From: Cenococcum geophilum
Lineage: Eukaryota
DNA: 64,000 bases
Reading direction: 5' to 3'
Assembly: GCA_050273025.1 (NCBI GenBank)
Contig: CP158636.1
Coordinates: 5,580,001-5,644,000 of the forward strand
The notes beneath the pieces were generated by a model. The model did no database searches. It saw nothing but the letters and a program-made list of their open reading frames with translations, and had not been told where the DNA came from. This document shows, piece after piece, positions 42,801-53,000 of the stretch. How positions within the stretch are numbered: the first letter of the stretch is position 1; the number at the start of each line of letters is the position of its first letter. Both the position numbers and the translations under genes were made by a program.

Positions 42801-45628
42801 TATTTCCTTTTTACTTATTATTAGCTAGTAACCAGAACTGTGTATTATATAGACTATACGTGTCGCGTATAGAGGCCCGGTTTTGAAATCGGGCAGTGCT
42901 CTTCTAGCCTATTTTTAATTACTGCCTAGATCCTTTTTAGTCTTTGGTTAATTTCCTTGGGGGTAGCTAATAAGCCTCGCTTGTTTAGTATTAGGTGGAT
43001 TTCTTCTAGGTCTTAAAGTTGTTATTTAACTATATTAAGGAAACTGTTTATCTTAAGCTTCCTTATTACGTATCTTTTTCTATTTAGTTACGCTTTGGTA
43101 TTTAGGTCTAGCTGTATCTAGATAGGGATATAGTCTAGGGTAAGTGCCTATTCTTCTTCAGGGTTATACCTTTTAAGTCTTTAGTATAGGCCTTCGTCTA
43201 TAAATATAAGGTTAATTATACTTCTAGCGGTGCCTTATTGCTATATAATTGCTCCTAGGGGGGTAGCTAGCTTAAGGCCCTAGATATTTATAGCTCTTAA
43301 TAGGCACTTTAACTGTTAATCTGCAGTAATATAGATACCCCTCTACTACGGGTGGTAGAGGTTTATATCTCCTAATAGGATAGATTTTGTACCTTTAGTT
43401 TTTAGTAAGCTTATTACTAATATAATATTCTCTATTTATGGGACCCCTTTGACCCTAGGGTTATACACATTAATAATTTGTACCGGTCCCTTATATATTT
43501 GGATTGTTATAACTGCAATATCTGGGTTAACTGCCTGCTATGACCATAAGGATAGGCTAATAGCCTTGCTAATTATAAAGCACACGTGTATAGCTGCTTT
43601 TGGTTTATATAGGAGCTGGAATCCTTAGGGGTAGTATATTAATTATGTGAAGGTATTATAATACGGCTCTTGTATAGTAAGGATATAGTATTTCTCTGGG
43701 TTTAGACTATCTAGTAGGGGCCTTATAAGGCAGTGGTTTGTGTTGCCGCAGTTATACTATATAATGGATAGGTAGCGGACCCCTGGCGAGGGTCCTTTAA
43801 CTCTCCTTTATTCCTTGCTTCTTCTATTTTTACTTTCTTTAGGATATTTAGAGCTTCTGTCTCTTATATCTATACCTTAGTTACTACTTATTTTATATAG
43901 AGCTTTCCATTCCCGTATCTTGTGTTCCTATTAGCGCTTCTATATCTAAATCTATTATTGTTACCGGTTCTTCCCCTATTATTACTAGTCGGCTATATGC
44001 CCTTTATAGGTTAGCTGCGAATGTTATATTTACTATATTAAGTCTAATTCTTAATTGTCCTAGTCTTAAGCCTACTGTCGCTGTCTATAGGGGTCTTCCT
44101 ATAGGGCGTCCTCTCCCTTATGTCCCTTGTGACCCTTATATCCCTACTTAGTTTAGTAATGTCGCGTAGCGTCACTTCTGGCCCATTAAGGCTTAGGATG
44201 GCTGGCCTAGCCCTCTAGTATTAAAGGTAGGAAACGCTAGGAAGGCACCTATGTCCCCCTAGCTTATCGTCTATTATTTCCATTTATATAACCTAGCGTG
44301 TAGTTATTCCCGCAACTATTAAGCCCTTGCCTTCCGTCTTCTGTATTTAATGCAGTCTTCTCTCTCCTACGCCTTATATATACTTTAGTGGCAGTTTGCG
44401 CATTTTATTTAGTCTTAATTTAAGTAATGTCTCGTATTGTAGGGGCCTGCATAGTGGCCGCAGCACACCTATGCTGCGTATATAGATTAGGTGTATCCCT
44501 ATTATATATAGCAATAGCATCGTTCTAAGCGTAGTCTATAGTTGTAGAGCCTTATGTTATATATAAGGCTATTTATAATTATTCCTTTTTGGATAAGGAG
44601 TTTTTACATTCCTAGTGTATATATACTAACGATAAGGGAGCTATGCGTTCGTCTGGTGTCTCCCTAGCGAGTCTCTGGCGACCCTTATGTCCTCTTGTTA
44701 TTCTTATTATATGCTTAGTTTGTATTTTCCTATTAAAGCTATTAAATTCGGGTGATTTTAAGTCCTGGTATAAGGCGTTCCGTTTATCTTACTATCTCCT
44801 ATATAATTGCTATATTGTCTGCCTAGCGTCCCTTTTCTACCCTAAGGCTTATAGGAACCACTAGGACTTTAACTAGGTAATCCTTATGGAGTACTTTTAT
44901 GCTAATATGTTCTCCTAGCCTATCCCCTACCCTTACGGCTCGTTCCTTTGCCTATTAGTCCTTTAGGGTAACTTTAATATCTCCGCTCTTAAGGTATTAG
45001 ACTATAATAGCGTTATGGACCTTTTTACGTATTTTTATAAGGACTTCTATTTCTAATTATCCCCTAAGCCCCTCTACTTATTCTGTGTTTAGTTATATTA
45101 TAATTATATACCCGGTTATTAACTTAAGGGGGGTAGGTTTCCTATACTATAAAAGCGCAACTATGGCGGCCTAGGTGCGGTTCGCCAGTAAGGGGGGGTT
45201 ATACTTATTTTTAATTTTACTTAGCCGTTAGAGGATTTAATTAAGGGTTTGCTAGAGGGGCGCCTAAGGTTCGCTAGACTAGTAGAGCCATTCTACTAGT
45301 TATATTAGTTTATTATGGCTAACAGTTACTTCCCTATAATTTTAAATACTAGACGCGTCTAATAGGCTTTATATTTTATTAGATGCCTTTTTAATAAAGG
45401 TATTTCCGCTTTATGGTGTGGTATTCGCCTGTTTTTATTATGGAGGGCCATTGCTAGGCGTAGTTCTAGCGGTCGCGCGCGAGTGCGAGCCACTGTCGTT
45501 TGACGTATGCCTCCCCTGCGATACATGCATCTTAGGGGGATTCTTTAGGTGTTTTTTAGGGTTCTTTTAGTTGGTTTTAGTCTTTTTAGGCCGGGTGCAG
45601 CAAGAGCTCCTTTTTTGCCTCTCTAGGT
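33806..45628 (-). mobile_element. Tad1-like LINE (non-LTR retrotransposon), full length (~5.55 kb), RIPed, interrupted by Copia copy 2
   Basis: 14-bp TSD GCGTAGCGTATATA at 33792-33805 and 45629-45642; (ATT)n 3' tail. ORF1 (~45530-43800) has Cys/His knuckles. ORF2 (~43790-40400) has endonuclease motifs (Q)YNCGN and LLGD.NL.HP, and RT motifs YRPIALENTL.K, LSLDIS.AY, LSPILFLF and GF.(D)D. Confidence 0.93.
34069..40329 (-). mobile_element. Ty1/Copia LTR retrotransposon, GalEa-like, full length, RIPed (copy 2), inserted in the LINE 3' region
   Basis: LTRs at 34069-34254 and 40144-40329; TSD ACTAC. The internal region is the reverse complement of copy 1 (gag ATG at 39658, pol end about 34604). Confidence 0.95.
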
Positions 45629-45699
45629 GCGTAGCGTATATAGTAAACTTAGTTAACTAAAATATTTCTAGTATTATTATTTCTAAGAGAGCATTAAGC

Positions 45700-46222
45700 T
45701 GCAGCTTATAGCACTTTTATTATTAAGGTAGCGTTTAGCCGCAAATTATAGTATTATTATTAGCGGTATAGTATATAGCCGCAAAATGCAACTAAATACG
45801 GCTAAATACTAAAATTGCTTAATTAGCATAAACCTAATTTAAGATACTACCCTGCCCCCTATACTTACTAATATTAATAAAATATATTATTTTTATTAAT
45901 AATATTAAATTTATAAAAATTATACTTTTTTATATGCTTAGTAATATTAATAAAGCGTATATAAAATATTAAATTTATAAAAATTATACATTTATATATA
46001 CTTAGTAATATTAATAAAGTATATATAAAATATTAAAATTATAAAAATTATACTTTTATATATGCTTAGTAATCTTATAGTTAGCACTTAGTAGCTAAAT
46101 ACTAACACTTAATTATAAATGCCGCATTTGGCAGCTAAATGCTAGGAAATGCTAGAAATGCTAAAAAATGCTAAAATGGCAGAAAAGTAAAATTAAATGC
46201 TGGTAAATTTTTTCCTGGCGTA
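45700..46222. repeat. Repeat-rich non-coding tract (3 copies of ~65 bp plus AAATGC/GC.GC.AAAT short repeats), possible element terminus
   Basis: AATATTAAATTTATAAAAATTATAC...CTTAGTAAT occurs three times in 45900-46072; AAATGCTA runs at 46137-46180; ends at AAATTTTTTCCTGGCGTAG. Confidence 0.65.
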
Positions 46223-46224
46223 GT

Positions 46225-47260
46225 TAAGGCGATAGTACTACTTTACTACTTAATAAAGGAAAATCTAAGGCTAATAAGCTATAGGTCTAAGATTTCGAAA
46301 AATAGATAAGGATACTACTAGGAAAGGAAAAGACCTATTAAGAGGTACCTTTTAGACTAGTACTACGATTACTAAAAGAAGACTAGGAAAAGTATAACAA
46401 TAATTAGAAACTTAGAGAATTAAAAAAGGCTACTTAATAATTAAAAGGAATTTCTATATTAAGAAAGACTTATTAAGAGTAAAGTAGCTTAGAGAAATTA
46501 ATAATAATAAGGAATATAAATACCTAAGGACCTTATAATACGCGGAAATACTTAGAACTAAGGTACGAATAAGACGATATTTTGTAAAATATAAGTATAT
46601 AGTACTCCCGGATTTATATTAAAGATAGTATAGATAAAGAACTAGTAATAATTAGGAAAACTTTAAATACTAGATATAATATAACTAATAAGGGATATTA
46701 AAGCTATAAAGAAAGCTTTAGTTAATATTAAAGGAAATCTTAAAGAATAGGTAGAGGACTAGCGAGATAATTAGTAAGTAATAATACTGGTAAGGATGGA
46801 GAAGAAACCTATTATATATTGGAAATAAAATTTTTAACTTAAAAAGGAAGATAAATTAAGGATCGACCTAAAATACCTAGTATACTATATACTATTATAG
46901 ATGTTAGCGACTTAGTTAATTAAGGTATAAGCACGGCACAAGGGACGCGCAAGCCTATATAATTGGTAGTCTATTAATAAGAATATTAAGCTAAAAACTA
47001 AAAGAAGGTTAAGGAAAGGATATATCTATATATATAGCGCTAAGTCTTTAGTTAAGCCCCTAACTAGGGTCCGTAACAGTGCCATAACAATAAATTATAT
47101 AGATAATCTATATAGAATATATAAGAGACTAAAGACTAAAAATAAGAAGTTCTTAAATAGGATAGATTAGGACCTAAGTAAAAAAAAGTTTAAAAATACT
47201 AAATTTATATATAGATAGTATCTAACCTTAGAATAGTATTTAGGAACTTTAATAGTAGAA
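46225..47260 (+). pseudogene. Heavily RIPed coding-like fragment, unidentified
   Basis: Purine-rich, Lys/Glu-codon-like plus strand with TAA/TAG stops. No motif recognised. Confidence 0.3.
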
Positions 47261-48019
47261 ATACCTAGAGAACTAGTATCTTTTTTTTAAATCTATTGTA
47301 TTATACTACGTATAATACTACATATGCAGCCTCTAGGCTATGGCGCTATAGTCCTATATACATAAATCCTTCTAAGGCAGCTTAACATGCACTAGTAACT
47401 AAGTGGACACTTTGGCCCGGTTTTAAGTGCTAGGGGAGTTTTGTCCTGATATTTTGCTCTTTAATATTTAGTTTACACTAAGGAAATAAAGAAATCCTAG
47501 CTCTTTTATCTATTTCTGCCGTATTCTGCTATTCCTAGAGTAGAAAAAGCGCTCTAAAAGATAGATTTAGTAACATTTTTGCATATAAAAACAAAGGGCC
47601 CTAGATAGTTTGCCAGTTTGGAGATAACTAACAGTTATTTCTATACGACTTTTTTTCCTGTACCTTGTTCCTCCTCCTTACTAAAGAAATAGGTAGGGAA
47701 TTAGTAATTAGTAGGTACTCTCCCTAAAAGTAACCTACTAATTCTAGATTTACGTTCTAGAAAACGGGTATTTTATAAGGGCGAATCTTGCTACATAAAC
47801 CCACCCTAGAAGGAAAAATTTTCACAAGATTGTCTTGTATGGGGTATAAATACCAATTCCCCTATACACCTTATATTTTACGTGCTAAAGTAACACGGGC
47901 CGGCCCCCTTCCCCCCCTGCCGTAGCTACCCTATCTGCGCATCTGCGGTACGCCTACAGTGCGGTGTTGTGTGGTATATTGTAGCGGTAGTGGTGGCGGT
48001 AGTGGTGGCGGTAGTGGTA

Positions 48020-48338
48020 GAGGTCGTCTGCAGCGCGACGACTGTAGACAGATGGTGGAGGTCATCTGCAGCGTGATGGCTGTAGACGGGTTGTAGAGGT
48101 CGTCTGCAGCGTGATGGCTGTAGACAGGTTGTAGAGGTCGTCTGCAGCGCGATGGCTGTAGACAGGTTGTGGTAGAGGCCGTCTGCAGCGCGACGGCTGT
48201 AGACAGGTTGTGGTAGAGGTCGTCCGCAGCGCGATGGCTGTAGACAGGTTGTGGTAGAGGTCGTCTGCAGCGCGATGGCTGTAGACAGGTGATGGTGGAG
48301 GTCGTCTGCAGCGCGATAGCTGTAGACAGGTTGTAGTA
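48020..48338. repeat. Tandem array of 8 hairpin-containing units of 38 or 41 bp
   Basis: Unit GAGGTCGTCTGCAGCGCGATGGCTGTAGACAGGTTGT(GGT)A; internal dyad GTCTGCAGC-N6-GCTGTAGAC. Confidence 0.95.
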
Positions 48339-49056
48339 GAGGTTGTGATGTGTCTGGTATTTGACGTCCGGTGACGTGTCCTTAGGGGCTATATAGCGAG
48401 CGGCGCCATAGCGACGACGACGGAGGAGCGAAGGGGGAGACGACAGAACTAGTATCTATAGTATATTGGAGAGAAAATCGATAAGAAGTATTAGCCGAAA
48501 AAGGACTAAGTTAAGGAACCTAAGTAATTAGAAAAAGGAGAGGCCTATAGGATAAGAGGGAGCTAGTAGTAGAGCCTTAAACGCTTAAAGGAATAATAGA
48601 ATAATACCTAAACGTACGAATTAAACAGCGATAAGGGAAATTTAAGGTACTAATTAATAGCAGAGTATTAACAAACTATATATTACTATTTGGAAAATAA
48701 AGACTTTAACATTGTGCTGGGAAGATTGACTTGGCGTCACAGGACATGCAAATTAGATGGATTGAGTTGAGATAAACTCCATATAAAATAAAAGATAACT
48801 ACACATATCAAGTAGTGATCGCATAGTGTAGTTGGTTATCACGTCAGTCTAACAATTGTTGTGCACTGAAGGTGGGTGTTGGAACGTACAATCTCCGTAC
48901 AGTTGTTAACAAACCGATAGGTCCCAGGATCGAGCCCTGGTGCGATCAAAATTTTTTATTTTTTATTTTATTAGTAATATAGATCAATTGATTTCATAGC
49001 ATACTCTACAAAGCTCCCTTATAGCGATTGAAGTAACCGTGTCATAGAACACGGTT

Positions 49057-50070
49057 TTATTTATTGTATCCGTTTACTTTCTTAATCCTATCGTTCTGAT
49101 CGTTGTGCTTGAGACTCCACCATCTTCGAGTACGTTTGCTTACTTCCAGCATTGTTGCGCCCTCAAGCATGTCCACAAAACTATTCATTTTAAAAACCGA
49201 ATGGTCCCCTCTTGATCGAAGCCAACCAGCAAATGGTGCCCCATCTGCAAATGTACCTTCAACAAATAGGGCGAAACGAGAGGCGGGATCCAGTTTCGTA
49301 GCTTTCAGGCAGTATACATTGGGGATCCGACCGTTGGCTTTGAATTCTTCCTCAGTGATAAGCTCGGGCCGGACTTGAACAGGTGCCTTTTCCTCCAGGT
49401 GACCCCAGGTCATAGGTATAAAGAATCCGAAATAAGAGAGGCAAAACGACTGGATAAAGGTGTTCCAGCGTTTATCTGGTGAGACCCTGACTTCCACTTC
49501 GAGGCCATTGCACAACTCATTGACCTTTGGGGCGTATCTTTTGACTCTAGAAACAACTCTTTGCCGTATGACACTTTCGTAGTATGCCCGAACGCTTGGA
49601 TTTGGAGAAAACTTTAATTCGTAAAATCGTCGTCTCAGACTAGCGTAGTATCGTTGGACCAGAGGATCGAGCGAATGAAAGATGGATGGATCTTGAGGTT
49701 CAACCTGGATTTTGTTGGGCCGTTGGTGAAGAGGCAACGCAATGTTGAGATGTTTTCCTGCGTATGGTGCAACTCCATTTTCCGGCAGGTACTTTAGGAG
49801 GGTGTTTTTTGTAAGTGTCTGCAGCATGAGAGAACACCACATCTTAAGAAGATTGAGCAGGTTTGGGTCGTCACTATTGACTTCAGCCAAGAAAACGAAG
49901 TCTTTATCCACTTCGAAGTTTTTATAATCAATACCTCAGTCCCATACAAAGTAGTGCAAGCTCGGGTTCTGCGATCTATAATCAGGGTCTTGATGGCGGC
50001 GCAGTCGAACCGGGACCTCAATGCTTTGTCCAACGTAGAGAAAGAAGACTGTTGGGTCCAATTTTAGAAA
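49057..50070 (-). pseudogene. GIY-YIG-like nuclease-domain protein, 5'-truncated, with one in-frame stop (includes the 284-aa ORF 49057-49911)
   Basis: The same frame upstream of the ORF reads LDPTVFFLYVGQSIEVPVRLRRHQDPDYRSQNPSLHYFVWD*GIDYKNFEVDKDFVFLA...LLNLLKMWCSLMLQTL...HLNIALPL. YVGQS-x6-R-x3-H and a downstream Asn fit the GIY-YIG pattern. Dinucleotide composition is normal, not RIPed. Confidence 0.68.
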
Positions 50071-53000
50071 GGCTTTATTAGTAAAGTTTATAATATTATT
50101 AAATATATTATGCGATTAATAGGACGCTGTAAGGACTTTATTAAGAATTAGCTTAAGGCCTATATAGAGGACAAACTATTTAATTATATAGAGCTTCTGC
50201 TTATTAAGGACGGAGGCGTTTAGTGGAATTTAACCTACTTTATACTCCGCTATGTATTACTTCTTTATAAGGTAATTAATAAATATCTACTTACTTAGAG
50301 GAAGCTAGCTAATAATAGCTACAATTTATTATAGGACGCACTTACTAATAATAATTGGTAGTAGGTAGAGCGGCTTATTAAGATCCTAAAGCCTTTTATA
50401 TTAGCTACTAAGTATATAAAAGGTAACGCTAATAGTCCTGGCGTTAAAGGCTTATATGGCGCTCTATAGGAGTTAATTACTAATATAGAACTCCTTTATT
50501 AAATCCTCTAGCGAACTTAGTAGAGCCTTAAGAATAAAAGCGACTTCTTTTTTAAATTGGGCGTTAATATGGCTCTCTAAAAGATTAATAAATATTTTAA
50601 TAAAATAAAAGACAAAAGCCCTTATTACTTTGCCGTAGTTATCCTCTATCTATTGCTTAAATAAGCCTACTTTTATAATAAATGGAAACAGGGGCCTTAA
50701 TAGTGGAAGCACGCCAAGCGGTATATGGAAACTATATTTGCTAACTTTATCAATAATTAGGAAGATAAGGAAGATAAGTAACTAGTTAAGCCGCGATATA
50801 GGAAGGTTCCTTGTAAATCCGATAATAATTTAGCTAATAAATATACGCAGTTATTAGTTATTAATAAAAGCCTTACTTCTATATATAATTAAAAGCGGAT
50901 TAAGCTTACTAGTAAGCTTAACCGCTACTACAATATAGGCCTTAAGTTTATTAAGATCCGTACCAATAACGGTAATAAGGTAAACGATATTATTCCTAAT
51001 CCTCTCACCTAGTGGCTTAATATTAGTTAAGTCCTCTATCTAACGCTTACTAAGATTACTCTTAATATATTCTCTATACTAGCTATAAGCTCTATATATA
51101 AACAAGTCTTTAGTTAAGCCAAAAAGATTATTACTAATTGTTGGACTTATAAGGGGATATTACGTAGCTACGGTTCGTAGATAGTATAATAATTGTTATT
51201 CTTGTTTTGATTTCTTAGAAAGGGGTAAGGAACTTAAGGTTCCTTACCACGCTAGTGCCGCGGCGGCATGTGACGGCAACTTGCTGTATGTAATGGCAAC
51301 TTGCCATATATAGTGGCAATATGCCTTATATAGTAACCACTTGCCTTTATTCCTAACACTAGTAACTCTTCTTTTATAGTTGCCATCTATATATATATAC
51401 CGCTTAACTAGCATAATAAATATTAATCCTTTTTACTTACTATTGCTATTGTAATATAAGTCTCGCTATCCTAAAATTTGCCTTTTAGCACGTGGTGCTT
51501 TCTTACTTAGGAGTTATAGGTAGATATTGTGTTCGGAGGGGCGCTAAGGCGCTAGTAGTAAGCGAGCTAATAGCGATTTTCTATCCCGGGGATAGAAAAT
51601 CCTAATTGGCTAGATTAAGTTAGGCTCCCCCTTTAAAAAAAGTCTTAGTAAGAGAATCTGACTAATTAGACAACTTTAACCGCTGGTTAAAGTTCCTAGA
51701 TATCTTAAGACCTTATATAACTAAGAAATTTCTAGGGACTCCCTTTTAACCTAACCTTTAACTCGTATATATAGAGTATTTATGTTAACAAACGTCTCTA
51801 GTGCTTTGTTTAGGTTTACCTTTATTATTACATCTACTAGGTTATCTTAGCTATTAATTTATTAAATCTTAAAGAGTTTTTAACGCTTATAGGATTGCTA
51901 AAGTGCTATAATATTAATTATAAGGCGCTTTTTTTTGTGGTACCGAGCTTAACTAAATACTTATAGAGGGAATATAAGTTAGTGTATATAATTATAGGGA
52001 TAATAGGAAGTTTAAGTTAATCTATAATTATCTTTAGGGTAGTTCCAATTGTAATTACTATATTAACTCCGCTAACTATTCTATATATCTCTAACGCTAA
52101 AACACTTTAGGTAATGCGCTTACTCTTAGTTAAGCTCTAATAGATAAGATTATTATAGATTATAAAGTTATTCTCTCTAGTAAATTTATTTGTGATAATA
52201 ATCTTATATCCTAATTAGGAGCTAAAATCTTTATTATTTATAAATAATCTATTAATAAATATAAAGAGCTTAGTGGTAGGAAGATTAATAGGTATATAGA
52301 GTAGTCCCCAATTAAGATAGTTTATTTGCTAGGAAAGACGTTTATTTAGGGTAAGAACGTTATCCTTAGTTAGTTCCTAGTATTAGGCGGTAATAGAGAG
52401 GTTAAATAAAGCCTTAGGTTAATAGATAGAAGTAATATAAGCTCTATAAGCGCGTTGCTCTATATATCCTTACTTTAGGGAATTAATATTAATAACGTTA
52501 ATCTTCTTATCTTAACCCTTCTAGCGTAAAGCAATAGAATTCTTATTTAGGGAGAGAATGTATCTATTAAAGAGTAATAGTATTATTAAATTAAGCTTTT
52601 CTTTTAGCTTTACTATAAGATTTGCTTTTACTAGCTTATCTTCTTTAAGAGCTAAGAATTAGTCATCCCCTAAGATAATTATATTATTAGTTTATATGCC
52701 GATAATTCCAAATGGAGTTCCTATAGTTATAATAAGGAAGTAGGGATTAAATATAGAAGTAGTTATTAAAAGCTTCTCTTTATGGTGCTTGCTATAGATA
52801 GCCTACTAGTAAATTCCTACCTTTACAATTCTATATAATAGCTTAAGCACAACTATAATTGTACCTTTAGGATACTAGTGGCAAATTTACTCTAGAAGGT
52901 ATGCTAATATTAAGTGCTAAAGGTACGTCTCTAATTAGGTATAGACTTAAGTAATATCTTATAAATAAACCGCCATTCTATTCTTTATTAAGGAGGGAGC

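Noticed and set aside
4643..44864. Short 60-75 aa ORFs in the track as real small proteins
   Set aside because: They are Ile/Leu/Tyr/Lys-rich chance ORFs, antisense frames or surviving fragments of RIPed genes and TEs (e.g. 13532-13756 is antisense to the captain, 10400-10600 is antisense to the BTB gene, 15644-15826 is a helicase fragment).
48020..48338. CRISPR array (palindromic repeats of about 30-40 bp)
   Set aside because: The units are directly adjacent with no unique spacers, there are no cas genes, and the context is fungal.
49103..50033. Overlapping ORFs 49103-49378, 49742-49927 and 49794-50033 as genes
   Set aside because: They are alternative or antisense frames of the GIY-YIG-like gene. 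The nuclease motif lies in the 49057-49911 frame.
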